Notes: generated by a model not told the origin, from the sequence alone. A stretch of DNA of 64,000 nucleotides from the human T2T-CHM13v2.0 reference genome, Homo sapiens (GCF_009914755.1 NC_060945.1), one strand, 5' to 3'; positions 1 to 16,052 are shown, numbered from the stretch's first letter. Program-made: numbers and translations.

Positions 1-89
1 TTGAAACCTGTAAGAAATAATTGTTTGCCTTTATAAATTACCTAGTTTCAGGTGTTCTATTCTAAGCAGCAGAAAATGGGGCTAATACA
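1..89 (+). mobile_element. ERVL-MaLR LTR 3' end (MLT1A/MST-like), cut by the window edge
   Basis: ttataaattacctagtttcaggtgttct...gcagcagaaaatggggctaataca matches the MaLR LTR terminus. Confidence 0.75.
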
Positions 90-1194
90 CTCCTAAAATG
101 TATTTTTAATAGAATGCAAATTTGTTTTCTTTGTCTATAAAAGACAGTTATTTTAGCGGGTTTCTGCCAAATTGCATTTCTAAAGAGGATAATTTCTTGC
201 AATAAAAGGAGCTGTTTCTTCTTCATACTTAGAATTCCACTGAATTAATAGGAACTTTGAAGATTTGTGGGTCTTGCATTTCTTTTCTGTACTAAATACT
301 CACTTGTGATGCTTGTTGTTTCAGAAATCCTTTCTCCCTGCGGCTGAAGAAAAAAGTGTGCAGCTGCCTGATAACCTAATAATAAAGGATATCAGAGTCC
401 TCTCTCCCCAATGAACAAACAAAAACATATTTACACATTCCAAAATCAATACAAAAGAAGTAATTTTGCTAAAGTCTAACAAAATACATTTCATTATAAC
501 TATATATACACCTAAAATACACATTTGACCTAAACTTTGCTACTCTGAGGTCTAGCCATGGGTACGCAAGTCTAGAATTTAGATTGTTTTTGTTCGTTTG
601 GGCCTTATTTATATAAATGAATACGTTCATCCTGGAAACAACCTATTTCGATAGAAAACAGATGGATACTGACATTTTGACAAAGGTTAATGTAATGGCA
701 TTGCAGAAGAGGTTTATGTTTTTGTTTTTAAAATATAATGTCTATTCTTTTTGCCTTTTAGTTTTTGTCCTAAGTGGATTCATGCCTCAGTCATAGTAAA
801 AATTTAAGTTAAAAAGTTTAAAACTTTTTTTAGCATGAAAAAAAACAACTTAAAACAATGTTTCAACAAAAATTGCAAGTTTCAGGGTACAATTGACAAG
901 CACTCTTGTAAGGGGACTTTGGTGGAATGGGGGACACTCACCATGTCAGTATTTTTCGGGCTTCTGAAGAAAGTGCCTCAGCACAGACATTATCCTAGTA
1001 GTCCAGTTATCTGGGATGCTGGCATAGAAAGTGGCTCTGGCAGCATCACAGCAGAGGCAATGCCTTTGGCAAGAATCAGCATTTTAGATGTTACTTCAGC
1101 ACAAATAAAAAACTAGAAGCGACAATACAATCCAGAGTTGCCATATACAGGCCAAGAAAACTTATGACTCTGATGGCATGCATGTAGAGCATAG

Positions 1195-1440
1195 AACTAA
1201 GCTATGAGCAAACAAAGGTATAAGAATGATACAATGGACTTTGGGGACTTGTGGGGAAGGGCGGTAGGGAGGCGAAGGATAAAAGACTACCAATATGGTG
1301 CAGTGTATACTCCTTGGGTGATGGGTGCAACAAAACCTCACAAATCACCACTAAAGAAATTACTTGTGTAACCAAATACCACCTGTACCCCAATAACTTG
1401 TGGAAAAATTTTTAAAAAGTAAGAAAATAAAAATAAAAAA
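1195..1440 (+). mobile_element. L1PB-type 3' UTR, 5'-truncated
   Basis: ctaagctatgag...aagaatgatacaatggactttggggact...caaatcaccactaaagaa...aaccaaataccacctgtacccc followed by an A-rich tail. Confidence 0.9.
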
Positions 1441-1641
<201 letters not shown>

Positions 1642-2258
1642 TCAAATTATTTCAAATGGTTGTAATTGGAGCTGAAGTGACACTAAAGCCTATTTGAGTC
1701 AAACCAGCAGAATCTGTTTTTGTGCCTGATGTTCAGAGCTGTTTTAGCTATATTATAGACTGATGGCTTTCATTTTTCACTTCAAATTTCCCTGTATAGT
1801 CCACTATATTTTCTCAAGAGCTTAATAAGGACAAAAGCTAAAATGGAAGCTTATTGCTGTCAATGATTACCTGCCTGTTAATGTGTGTGTAGGTATATAT
1901 AATGCTAACAGTGCGATTTTTTCTTAACTACTATTTAAAGATGTGTCAATGGTAATTCATTTCACAGAGAGTAACACGAGCCTAAAAATAGAATAGGAAG
2001 TACCAAATTATTCTTAAAGGAAAAACTTTCGTTTGCTGTTTTGAGGTGGACTGGACAAACAAGCATTTATTGTTAAATTATTTACACTTAATTGTAATGC
2101 ATTATACATTTCAAAATTATAGGCAAATCACCAAGATATATTTCTAGATATACGTGTTAAATGAGTTTGCTCGAAAGGAGACATCATTTATAGTAAGTTT
2201 TATTATTATTATAGACAAGAACAAATGCAAGTGGAGCCTATCAAAATAAGCTACATTA

Positions 2259-2556
<298 letters not shown>

Positions 2557-2961
2557 TTAAAAGTGAGCAGTCAATAAAACTCTGAAAAAAAATACAAGCT
2601 GATGTCATAAATTCATAAATAAATATATATTTTTGAGTTTGAGCTAATATTTGAAAAGACTGCAGTATATTACTCATAACTGCTTATACTGTGTAACTGT
2701 GTGAAAATAATATAAAGGCAAGGATGTTTGACATGAGGACATTTTTATTCGAGTGATTTCTCTAGAGATTGATATTTCACAAGTATAGAACTAATATATA
2801 TTTATTTGTGATACAATTTACATTTTATATAGCAGTAATAATAAATTAAAATCTTAGCTAATACCATTTCAGCAAGGCAAGAACAATATCCATGAATCTT
2901 TTACTATTTCATAATTAAATGCCAGATCAAGAAAATCAGTGAAAAATGAGCCTTAACCCTG

Positions 2962-3226
<265 letters not shown>

Positions 3227-4554
3227 TGCTCAAATAAGAATATTTTTCGTCAATCTATTTAATTTGTCTAAACTCATACCTTATATCTCTATGGTATTCC
3301 CAAACAACATAAGCAAATTTCAGTTTTTCATTATAATACTTTCACATGTATAATGATAAGGTAATGTCTAAATTTGAGAAAAAAGAAAATAAATTACAAT
3401 ATCACAATACTATAAAGAATAGTGTTATCTATGGATATGTTTTATATGTTTTCATGTATGTGGAGAGGTTAGTAGATATGTATAGGAGTTTACATTTTAT
3501 TGTTAATATAATCCCCTGTCTCTATAAGGCTACCTCTACCCACACCCACACCTCTAGTCTCCTTATTTCAGAGCTAGCTCATGATACAGGCCTGAGGATG
3601 GTTGTCTGATAATTTTGCATGTCCATCTTTTAAGTAGCAGGTAGCCTGGCCCTTAAACTCTCTCCAGTTTTATAGGCAGAAGCACCTGGATGCCTCAATC
3701 CTATCAGTAGGCATGGTTTTTGAGTCTAAATTATTTAATATTAAAGATTTATACTAAAGTGCAGGTCCAGGGAAGATACCAGCAGAGATGGCTTCAGATA
3801 AAATCATTTCAATTACTTATTTGGTCTTCTTATATTTACACAGAAGCCCGGCAGAACAGCTGCTTCTAAACCAGTTTCAATTACCTCTTGATCTCTCATG
3901 CTAATTCACACCTGGTTGTTAAGTGTAGTTAGCCTCTTCTATTAAAATGTAAAATTTCACATTTTGTTTAGCACGATTTGAGGATTAACAGTTGGCATTT
4001 GCAACTGCGAAATCACAGTATTGACTTAATCAGAAGTTTACATGGCAAGTACATTTTAAAAAATGTTTTTGTCAGCATTCTTGATTAAAACAATCAGGAT
4101 TTTCAAGCACTGACAGCAAGACGGTAGATACTGCATAGTGGTGAGGAGTTCTGATAAGAAAGAAATAAACTAGGTGACAAATATGAAGGAGAATGGCAGA
4201 GATAAAAATGAAACTGATAAACATAGATTGAATAGAAAGAAGTAAAAAATAATTATAGCAGAAATTCCTCTCCTTTTTAAAAAATCATGGTTTTCAGCAG
4301 AAAGGAAAGGCAGAGAAATTAAGATCACTGGAAAAGGTCGATAACCCAATTAGGAACTGCCTGTCTTTAAGGAGTTGTCTCATGCTTGGTCAGAGGAATT
4401 GGACTCCCACAGCAGACCAAAAATATGATGCTTCTTTAAATTAACTTCTATTAAAATTTTGGATCAGTTCAAGCATTTATTTAGTGAAGAAAACAAGAAT
4501 TTATGTATTTTTTCCCATAAAACACAGATAGCATTACACATAACAAATGATTAG

Positions 4555-4869
<315 letters not shown>

Positions 4870-5654
4870 AGTTAAATATGTGAAAATGTAACTTGAACCA
4901 ACAGTCCCAGAAAAGGCATATGAAAAACTTTAACAAATAATAACATAAATTACCTATGTGAACAATAGTGGATTTTTGTTTTTTACTTAGAAACTCTATA
5001 ATCCTAAACTCTTGTAAAAAATGGCTGAGTTGTTATACCTATTCGATGAGGAAAAATGTCTACAATTTTATGGGTTACATGTTAAATAGAAATAAATGTT
5101 AGTTATTATTAAACTTAATTGTCAAATTTCTTCAAACATGTATATGCTGGTGCAGCCTTTATATCACAAAAATACTCAAAAAATAAATAACTCAGATGAG
5201 TTTCCACCTGGAGGTCAGTGCCTTTTGCAGAAGTGAATCTATTCATTTCACAGTAGTTATTTAAGGAGTAAATATGAAAATCTAAGTCTGACTAATAATT
5301 AACTCAGCACAGTGAAAACTGAGTGATGTAAAGGACAGAAGTATCAGCAACATTAGATGAATCAGAAGTCAGTTTACCCTTAGTTTTATGTGTATCACTA
5401 AAAACAAATTTATTTAAGTCAGATTTAGTTGGGTTTGTAATCACCTGTAACTGAGAGATTCTCTAATATCTATTTTCCTGAAAAAGGCAAGAGGTGCTCC
5501 ATAGAGGTATGTAATTGTATAACTATGTTTCAACTATCAAAAGACCTCATGAAGCAGAAGAAAATAGTCTTACATCACGATAAGTGATCAAATGACTTAA
5601 GAGACATAAACAAAAATAACATAAGACAACCTTGATTTTAAAGGGCTGTACCTC

Positions 5655-5742
5655 TGAACTAAATGGAGGATATATAGTGCGCCTCTGTATTGTTTCTTAC
5701 AGCTGAATGAGAATGTACAATTTTCTCAAATATAAAGCTTAG
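5655..5742 (+). mobile_element. Old L1 (L1MC/MD-like) extreme 3' end
   Basis: ctctgtattgtttcttacagctgaatgagaatgtacaattttctcaaa resembles the L1MC/MD terminus. Confidence 0.5.
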
Positions 5743-7419
5743 TGTTAAGAACACTTCAAGTCCCTTAAGCATCATGTAGGTATTTGCCAAAAATAACTTC
5801 TACAAATAACTTTACTCTAAACATACAGACACCAAGTATAATGGTGTCACTCTAATTCTGATACACAAGCAAGCTCCTTGAAAGTAAATTACATACAATT
5901 TGTTTTTGATCTATACCAGACTTACATTTCCCCTTTCTTTTGGAAATCATAGTGTGAAGGACATACTACCTATCACAAGAGATAGAAGTATAATCTCAGA
6001 ATGAAAGACACTGACTAAATGAGTATAATGTGATAGAAGTAATGTTTGGCTGCTTTATACATTTTTTAAAATCTCTAGTCCAAAGTTACCTTTTTGTATG
6101 GAAAAATGACTGGAAGATTGTTTATATAAAACTTTAATTTAGAAATTAGGTTTCTATATTAATCTCAAGGAAAAAGATAGTGTGAGAAAAAATTATAATG
6201 AGGAATCTAAACTATCATACTTCCCACGTGGGACAGCAATGTAACTATGTTTTATTTTCATATTTATCAAAGAAAACACTCTCTGCGTCATTCTGAAAAT
6301 GGTGATGCTAACTAAGTACCTGCTCATTATCTTCTCAGCTGAAATTCTTGCCAAATGGGTGCTTCTTTGATAGAACTATAACAAGCTCAATTCAATTTAT
6401 TTTTATATTGAAGGTTTACACGAATTATCATAAAATATGTTTTACAGAGAATTAAGACAATGAGAAATACCTCATTGTACTGACTGCAGTATCTGACATG
6501 TACTAACAAAAGCTAGAGTTTGCAGATAAATTGGCATGTAATAAAAGAATATTGACATTTAAGATAGCTTTTTATTAAAATAATTCTTACATTTTCTGTT
6601 TGAAGAGGGCAGATTTTAAAAGGAAGTATATTTTTAATAATAATGTAAAGGAAGGAAGAATAAAGTGTAAGGACACAATATAACAAAGAACAGTTCAGTG
6701 AGAAAGAACAGTTTGCTCAAAAACCTGGGCATATTTATTTTAAATTGTGGCATAGTTCACATATAATAATCACAATTTCCAATTGTACACTTTAATGTAC
6801 TTTGATGAATAGGTACAGCTCCAGAGCTTCTTCTACAAACAAGATTCAGAATACACCTATTACCCCATAGACTTCCCACAGAGCCCTTTTCAGTCAGCTC
6901 ACCCTGAACTCACCTCCAACTCTGGCTGTTGGCTCCTGGAAAAAACTGATCTCTGTTAAGTTCATATAGTTTTGTCTTTTCACGAATGTCCTATAAGTTG
7001 AATGATACAATGTGAAGCCATTTATTTCTTCTTGCATGGGTCAAGATATTTTTGAGATTTATGCACGTATAAATAATCTGTTATTTATCTTGCTAAGTAG
7101 TATTTATTGTATGATGTAATATTCCACAGTTTGTCCAACTGCCTGGATGAAAAAGTTTTGGTTGTTTCTTATTTTTACCTATGCATAAGTTACCATTAAC
7201 ATTCAAATATAAATATCAACACTAACATATGACTTTCTGAGATAAATACCTTGGAGTGGACGGGTCTATCTAGGTCATGTGGGAAGTGTGTGTTAAGGAA
7301 ATGGTCCTTCTAGTTTTCATAGTAGTTGCACATTTTTACACTTCTATGAGCAGTAAGAATTTCAGTTTTTATTTTTCATACAACCACTAATAATTAATAA
7401 ACCAGTCTTCTTTTCATTT

Positions 7420-7868
7420 TTAAAAAAAAATTTCAATAGTTTTTTTGGGGAACAGATGGTTTTGATTACATGAATAATTTATTTAGTTGTAATTTCTGAG
7501 ATTTTGGTGCACCCGTCACATAAACAGTGTACGCTGTATCCAGTGTGTAGTCTTTTATACCTCACCCCCCTTCCACACTTTCCCAAGTCCCCAAAGTCCA
7601 CTGCATGATTCTTATGCCTTTGCGTCCTCATAGTTTAGCTCCCACTTATAAATGACAATATGTGATATTTGGTTTTTCATTCCTGAGTTATTTCACGTAG
7701 AACAATGGTCTCCAACTCCATCTAGGTTTCTGTGAATGCCATTATTTCATTCCTTTTTATGTATGAGTACTATTCCATGATGTATATATACCACATTTTC
7801 TTTATCCACTCATTGGTTGACCGGCATTTAGGCTGGTTTCATAGTTTTTCAATTGAGAATTGTGCTAC
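7420..7868 (-). mobile_element. L1PB 3' end
   Basis: tttcaatagttttttggggaacagatgg...ctgagattttggtgcacccgtcac...gaatgccattatttcattcctttttatg. Confidence 0.9.
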
Positions 7869-8086
7869 TGTTGTAGTCAATATATGTCCAATGTAAACTT
7901 GTTTTAATTACCATTTGCCTAATGACAAATGATATTGAATATCATTTCACAGGCTTATTTGATATCCATAACCTTCTCTGGTGAAGTGGCATTCAAATAT
8001 TGCATATTTTTAAATTGCGTTATTTATTGTCTTTTTGCTAAATTTTGAGGTGTTTGTTGTTTTATTTAAAATCTGAATATATGCCC

Positions 8087-8893
<807 letters not shown>

Positions 8894-9119
8894 ATCCATT
8901 ATCAAATACATGGTTTGCAAGGATCTTTCCCAGTTTGTGGCTTATCTTTTCATTGGCAGCCAAACTTGAGTTCATCTTTGACTACAATTTGTCACTCACA
9001 CTCTATATATAATTTGTGGGATCTAAAATATGATCATTTCTCAAGTACTTGTAAACATCTTGATTCAAAATGACATTATCTTTTACCTATTTTACATTCT
9101 ATCTGAATGCAATACTTCC

Positions 9120-9770
9120 ATTATTGCCCTTTATAGTAAATTCTCTACATAGCAACCAGAGTGATCCATTTGAACATAAGTCAAATTATGTCATCCCTTT
9201 GCTGGAAACCATCCAATGACTTCCTATTGCAATCCTAGTGAAAACGAAAGCTTACACGCTCTGCATAATAGAAATTCCAGTTACATCCCTGATCTGACTA
9301 ACCATTATTCCCTTTGCTTATCTATTCCAGGCATGTTCTCTTTTTTTGCTATTTCACATATGCTCCTGCCATAGGGTGTTTACACTGGCTATTCCCTCTG
9401 CCAAAATATCTTTCCCTCAGATATGTTCATAGCAAACTCTTTTCTCTCCTTTGTATCTATACTTAAGTCATTTCTCAGTGTGGCTTACCTGACCGCACTA
9501 TTTGATATTGCAACCTGCAATCCCTCTGCACTTGACATTTCCAAATTCATTTACTTGGCTTTATTCTTCTACAGTACATATAACCTCCTAACCATAATAT
9601 AATCTACTAATGTAACTTTTCTGTTCACAGCCCACATGCCCTGATAAAATGCAGGCTTAAAATCAGAAAACATTTTTCATCTATTCCATATACTCATATA
9701 CCTCAAGAAACAATTACAATACCCCATTGAATGCATTTGAGTATTTGTTGTATATTAGTGAGTGAATAAG
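9120..9770 (+). mobile_element. L2 (L2a-like) 3' region
   Basis: agcaaccagagtgatcc...aagtcaaattatgtcatccctttgctggaaaccatccaatgacttcc; ends gtatttgttg...gagtgaataa. Confidence 0.8.
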
Positions 9771-10617
9771 AAGATTCCTATACAATTTTATGTTTTTTAA
9801 TGGTTTTGAACATCCAGCTAACACAAAGCCTGTAGTCAATTAAAAATGATGGTTCAAAGGTTTCTTTAATGAGGTATCTGTAGCACTGAGGTTTAAATGC
9901 AATTAATTCCAGTAGTATATAACCTTTTATTTTGTTTATGGTGGCTATGGGGAATTGTTGCTAAAAGAGATACAATTATTTTTTAATCCTGTGAAGAAAA
10001 GTGTGACATCTTTATTCTATCCTACTTAATCACACAATATAAAATCATTTACTCTAGTAATTATCTATTATATCTATCTACGTATGCATAGAGAGCAATT
10101 CAAAATCTTATAGTATTGTCTCAAATATTGACAATAATATATTAAATATATTATTTATTCTGAAATATTTATGTTTTGCTACAATAAAATTATATATCAA
10201 GAAAATTTATCTATACATGAAATGTTACTGCTACATATCATAATTATTGATCAGAATTACTAACTAAAATTCTCCTCATTTTGACATATATAATTTAAAC
10301 TTAAACACTTGAACTCATTAAAATAAAATTGAGTAGATCAATAGAAACCTGCTGTTAATTTAACCAATTTGCAGTATTTAGCATCCTCAATATCTTTATA
10401 GATATGTCCTTTAAATTTTAAAATCAAGACAATCTTCCTTCAATTATGAAAGATAAACCTAGAGTCATCGTCTATGCAAACAAAATCACTATGAGTTACA
10501 TTTGTATGTTTTCTCATAAGATGGCTTATCTTTGAAAGGGGTTACCAATCTTTCTTTATTTCTTATGCATTTGATTAAGCATATGGAGGTTAATTGACTT
10601 CATTATTTATTAATAAT

Positions 10618-11257
10618 TGTGATGGCTAATATTGAAAGTCAGCTTGATTGGATTGAGGAATACAAGGTATTAATCCTCGGTGTGTCTGTGTGAGTGTTGC
10701 CAAAAGAGATTAACATTTGAGTCAGTGGGGTGGGGAAGGCAGATCCACCCTTCATCTGTTGGGCACAATCTAATCAGCTTCCAGCGAATATAAAGCAGGC
10801 AGAAAAACGTGAAAAGGAGATATGGGCCTAGGCTCCCAGCCTACAACTTTCTCATGTGCTGGATCCTTCCTGCCCTGGAATATTGGACTCCAAGTTCTTC
10901 AGTTTTGGGACTCACACTGGCTCTTCTTGCTCCTCAGCTTGCAGACAGCCTATTGTGGGACCTTGTGATCGTGTAAGTTAATAGTTAACAAGCTCCCCTG
11001 CATGTGTGTGTGTGTGTGTGTATTCACACACTAATAGGATATATATTCATGTATATACTAGTATATATAACTATATGTACTTATCTATATATATACTATA
11101 ATTATATATATAACTACATATGCTAGTATATATAGTTATATTTGTATTTGCAGTAGGATATATAAATAAATAAATAAATTCATATAAATATACTAGTAAA
11201 TATAGTTATATATAAGTATATGTATCCTATTTTTATATATATCCTATTACAAATACA
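10618..11257 (+). mobile_element. MLT2A (MLT2A2-like) HERVL solo LTR with an expanded TA-rich 3' part
   Basis: tgtgatggctaatattga...cttgattggattga...ccagcgaatataaagcaggcagaaaaacgtgaaaagg...cctattgtgggaccttgtgatcgtgtaag; ends aataca; near-TSD ataat/gtaat. Confidence 0.9.
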
Positions 11258-12049
11258 GTAATAGTGTCTCATATTAGGCACAAAAAATTAGCTTCTCTTT
11301 AAAATGCTAGTGATACAGAGTAGTTAGTCTAAAACTGTGATAAAATAGTCACAATACAACTGTGAAGGTATATTTCAAAATTTTTAAGATAAGCAATAGA
11401 AAGTTGAAATAAGCGGTATAAATTCTTAGTTGACAGAGTAAAAATAAAGAAACAAGAAAACACATCACACTCACACTTCCAATTCCATTTACCTTGCTTT
11501 ATTTTTGTGGCATATATAAACAATACAATTGTAAATGTAAAATATCTCCTAACTCCAAGTTTGTAATCATATAACTCTCTCAATATTAGCTGACAGGTTA
11601 AAGAGCAATTACTCTGAAATTATGAAGTATTTATGATAATAAGGGATAATTCATCTCACACAGAGAGTTGACCTTCTACAGAGCTCTATGGAAATCAGCT
11701 ATAAACAGTTGCTGAAGGTAACCCTGGCTGAAATTCCTTCAGCTATTGTGGCCATGAAAGTGGTGATTCTTTTCCAGCCATGAATGCTGATTAGGTAGAA
11801 GTAGGCTGGAAGCTAAGTTTCTACAACATCATGTTGCTTCCAAGACTTGGAGTACAACTCTTGATCACTGCAGCAGAGGCCATGTGTTTCTCCAATCACA
11901 CAGTTTGTAAAGTGCTTATAGTATGGATGTCCCTGTCATTGAGGCATTTACTTTATACCTGTATTCTGTCCCCAAAATGGCATTCTTAACAGAAAAACTG
12001 TACCCCTGCTACTACTTCTGTCTCAGTGGGAAAAAAATAACACTAATAT

Positions 12050-14440
12050 GAGAACTACATAACGAAACTTAAGAGATTCATAATTAGGAAATCATTTGAA
12101 TCTTTAAAGAAACACCAGAAAACAAAAAAAAAAGTGAGCAAAATGTATAAAAAAAACAACATTAAATCATTTTGTTAAAAAGCACAAGAGTAACTTAGCT
12201 AGAGTATGTCATGGGCAAGAGACATGAGGCAAAAATTCATAAAAGAGAAAACAAAACAAATAATTTTTCATTTTTTCAAAAATAATAAAGCATAAAACAT
12301 TTTGTGTAGGAATAGTGAAACAAAGTATTTTAATAAACTAAAGAGGAATATCAAAAACATCATTATTAAATAATTTATTAAATAATAAATACATTCAAAT
12401 ATTTTTAAATAAATGTAAATTATCTGAGGAAATTAAATAAATAAGACAAAGGAATACACTATCTGAAATGTAATATCCACTAAGGAATGTTATTTGGTAA
12501 CAAAAATCTTTCTATTCAAAATAAAATAGTCTCAATGTCATAGAAAGTTTTGGCAAATAATGAAGAAATATATCTTATAAAAACTTTTTTTGATAATAGA
12601 GAGTATAAAAACAGGACAGAATAATCTGCTCATTTTATGAAGATAGTACAGTTCTGTAATATAGCCAACAATCAATATCACAGAAACACAAAACTAAATA
12701 CTAAATATCCTAGTAGACTATGAAAATAATAAAACATTATCAAGTATGATGGACGGGGAAACAAAATACAATGTAGGTTTTAAAGTTTTTTTATTTAGAA
12801 AGCAAAATAAAATAGGCTGCTAACAAAATATAATAATACAAGGCTAGTGAAAGCAGACTGTTCTCTATTACTATAACATTCAGCAGTAATTTTTTTAAAA
12901 GAAAGACATGATAAGGGACCTCAACGTTTCCATCTAAAATGGTTCTTTGGTAGATGGTACTATAGGACCATCCTAAGGTAGGCAACCTGGGGAAATCTGA
13001 GTGAACAGCAAAATTAAAATGAAAATAAGATAATTTTTGGATTATGTATACATATGAGAAAGCAAACTGCTTTTGGGGGGAACTTCTTGGAAACAATACA
13101 CCACCTTTTACTTCTATGAACTCCAATCAAGGCATATTAGGTCATAAATTATGTTATTTTAAAAATGTGTTTTTAGTTGGCATTACATTTCTTACTAGGG
13201 AATTACTTAGAGGTACAATCTACCGATTGATAACTCCAAGTAATCACCTTAATGTTGACTTAAAACTAAAGCATCCAGACACTCTACTGCAGAGATCACG
13301 CTCATTTCCCTTATTAACCAACAAGGAGAGACAGCCAACCCAAGAGACATGAGTAAAATAGTGTCAACAAAATACGTTTCTTTACATAAGATAAAGTACA
13401 TCCAAACCCACTAATATGATTAAAGGAGGAAAACTACATGACAGTTATAATCAACGTATGACTAATTAAATAACATATATAATCATAAAATAATAATTTT
13501 AAGACATAAAAACTAAGGTTTCAATAAGTTTCTTAAATTTTAAAAGGTATTTACCAAATACACTTTACAAAAACCAAAATAATAAAGCATTGACATTTTC
13601 AAAAATTAGTGAATATGTTCTATGAAGTTCAACATTTGATTTTAATTGGATGCTCTAAGAAAAGCAGCAGATAGAAAACAAAACAAAACTACAAATAAAA
13701 TGAGTTGAGCAGAAGAAATAAATCTACAGTTACGTCAATTTATTAGGTAATTTTAATTAGCTAGAAGTCCAAGAAAATCAATAAAATAGCAAACTAATAA
13801 AGATAATAGATTTCAGCCAGATTCTTGGCAAAATACCAATATTAAAAAATCAGCATTGTTTCCATATATCCGCAATAAACAATGGAACAACAAAATCACT
13901 AATATCAACAAAACTCATAATGTGCCTACTATCATACCAAGAACTGTTCATGAGTAATGTGAATATAACTTTTACAATTATGAATAGCCATAAGATAAGA
14001 TCTGAGCAAATATAAAATACCATATCCAAATATTAAGAGTCAATACCACAGTGGTAAATGTTCTCAAAATTAGCTAGTAACTTTAATACAATTCTAATAC
14101 ATTTTATTTAAGATAATATCTAGAATTTTTCATGTAACCCAAAAATATTATTCTAATATTTGTCTGACAGAGTAAAGAATAATGAGACTCATATAATTTT
14201 AAAAGGTAATAAAAAGTAGTAAATGAAAGGGTTATTATATTCCTTGATATCAGGCTTGTTACAGAGTAACCACAGATAGAAACAGTGTACATATATAGAG
14301 AAAGATAAATAGTTCAGTAGCTGAATTAGGAACTTGGCATTTGATAGAGCTTGATTTAAAATCTGTGGGGAAAATAGGCTTGTTTAGTAAGTAATGACCC
14401 TTAGAACTAATTATTATTGAAAAATAAAGAAAATTAGTTT
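12050..14440 (+). mobile_element. Highly decayed ancient L1ME ORF2 segments (12912-13344 not L1-like)
   Basis: A-rich sense strand with residual ORF2 motifs in order (taaaggaggaaaactacatg; aaaaatcagcattgtttccatat; ggcatttgatagagc...gggaaaataggcttg). Confidence 0.55.
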
Positions 14441-15752
14441 TTGGTGGGGTGATGCCAACAAGATGATTGACTAGAAGCTTCTTGTGCTCTTCCTTCCCAT
14501 AAAACAAACAAAAAACAAATAAACAAACAAAAATGGATATAGCACATTTTGACCAAAATAACTCTGGGGGAGCTCCAGTCGATTTAAATATAAGATTATT
14601 TATGTAAGTCTTATAACTCCAAAACCAGACGAAAATAGCAGTTATACAAAGGACAAAGAAAAATTAATCAAAGCTTAGCACTACAAAAATTATTAAATCA
14701 CTATGATGGACAGCAGAAGAAAAAGGAATAAGGGAGCTGCAAAACAGCTAGAAAACAAATACAAAAAGGTAGTAGTAAACACTTTCTATATATAAAAACT
14801 TTGGATGTAAATAAAATAAATTCTCCCATCAAAGGATATAAAGTGGTTAAGTGGATTGAGAAAATAAATTAAAAATATTCTAGTATATGCTGCCTACAAG
14901 AGATCCACTAAGATTTAAGGATACACATACAATGAAAGCAACAAGATAGAAGAAGATAATCCACACAAATGGTAACCATAATAGAGTAAGCGTGGTTGGT
15001 TATACTTATATCTAATAAAATGTACTTCAAGTCAAAAATTGTCCAGGAAACAAATTGTTGTTGTTCAATGATAAAGTGGTTAATTCATCAAGAGGACACA
15101 CGAATTGTAAATATATATGCAATCAATATCGGAGCACCTAAATATATAAAGCAAATACTAATGACCACAAAGTGATTAATAGATAACAATACAAGTAGGA
15201 GACTCATATACCCTACTTTCAACAATGAATAAGCAACAAATAAATCAACCAGACAGAAAATTAACAAAATACTGGAATTGAATTTCACCTTTGATAAAAT
15301 GAATCTAACATAGCTTCTATCCAACAGCAGCAAATATATATTTTTCTCTAGCACACATGGAACCTTCTCCAGGATAGAACATATAGTAGGCCCAGGAAAA
15401 GTCTTAATAAGTTTAATAAAGTTGAAATCATATCTAGTATTATTTTAGACCATAATAATATGAAATTAGAACTCAGTTAAAAAAGAATCTTAGAAAATTC
15501 ACAAATATGTGGAAATTAAACATCATGCTTCTGAATAACCAATGGATAAAAGAGGAAAACAAAAGGATATTTTAAAAAAAGAGACAGCCAACAATAAAAA
15601 TACAAGATGTCAAAACTTATGGAATGCAACAAAAGCAATTCAAAGGGGAAGATTACAGAAAAATATTCTTACATTAAAAAAAAAGAACGATCTCTAAGAA
15701 ATAGCTTAATGTTTTGCCTCAACAAACTAGGAAAAAAAACCAAAGTACTTAA

Positions 15753-16052
15753 GCCCAGTGCAGTGGTTCACGCCTGTAATCCCAGTACTTTAGGAGGCTG
15801 AGGCATGTGGATCACTTGAGGTCAGGAGTTTGAGAGCAGTCTGGCCAACATAGAGAAACCCTGTCTCTACTAAAAATACCAAAAATTAGCCCGGCATGGT
15901 GGGTCATGCCTGTAATCCCAGCTACTCAGGAGGCTGAGGCACAAGAATCTCATGAACTCGAGAAGCAGAGGTTGCAGTGAGCCGAGATTATGCCACTGCA
16001 TTCCAGCATGAGTGACAGAGCGAGACTCCATCTCAAGGGAAAAAAAAAAAAA
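15753..16052 (+). mobile_element. AluSz/Sx
   Basis: Full dimer; ggatcacttgaggtcaggagttt; poly(A) tail. Confidence 0.95.

Noticed and set aside
835-1190. 93-aa ORF in a moderately GC-richer unique stretch
   Set aside because: No recognisable homology or splice structure; possibly an ancient repeat I cannot name.
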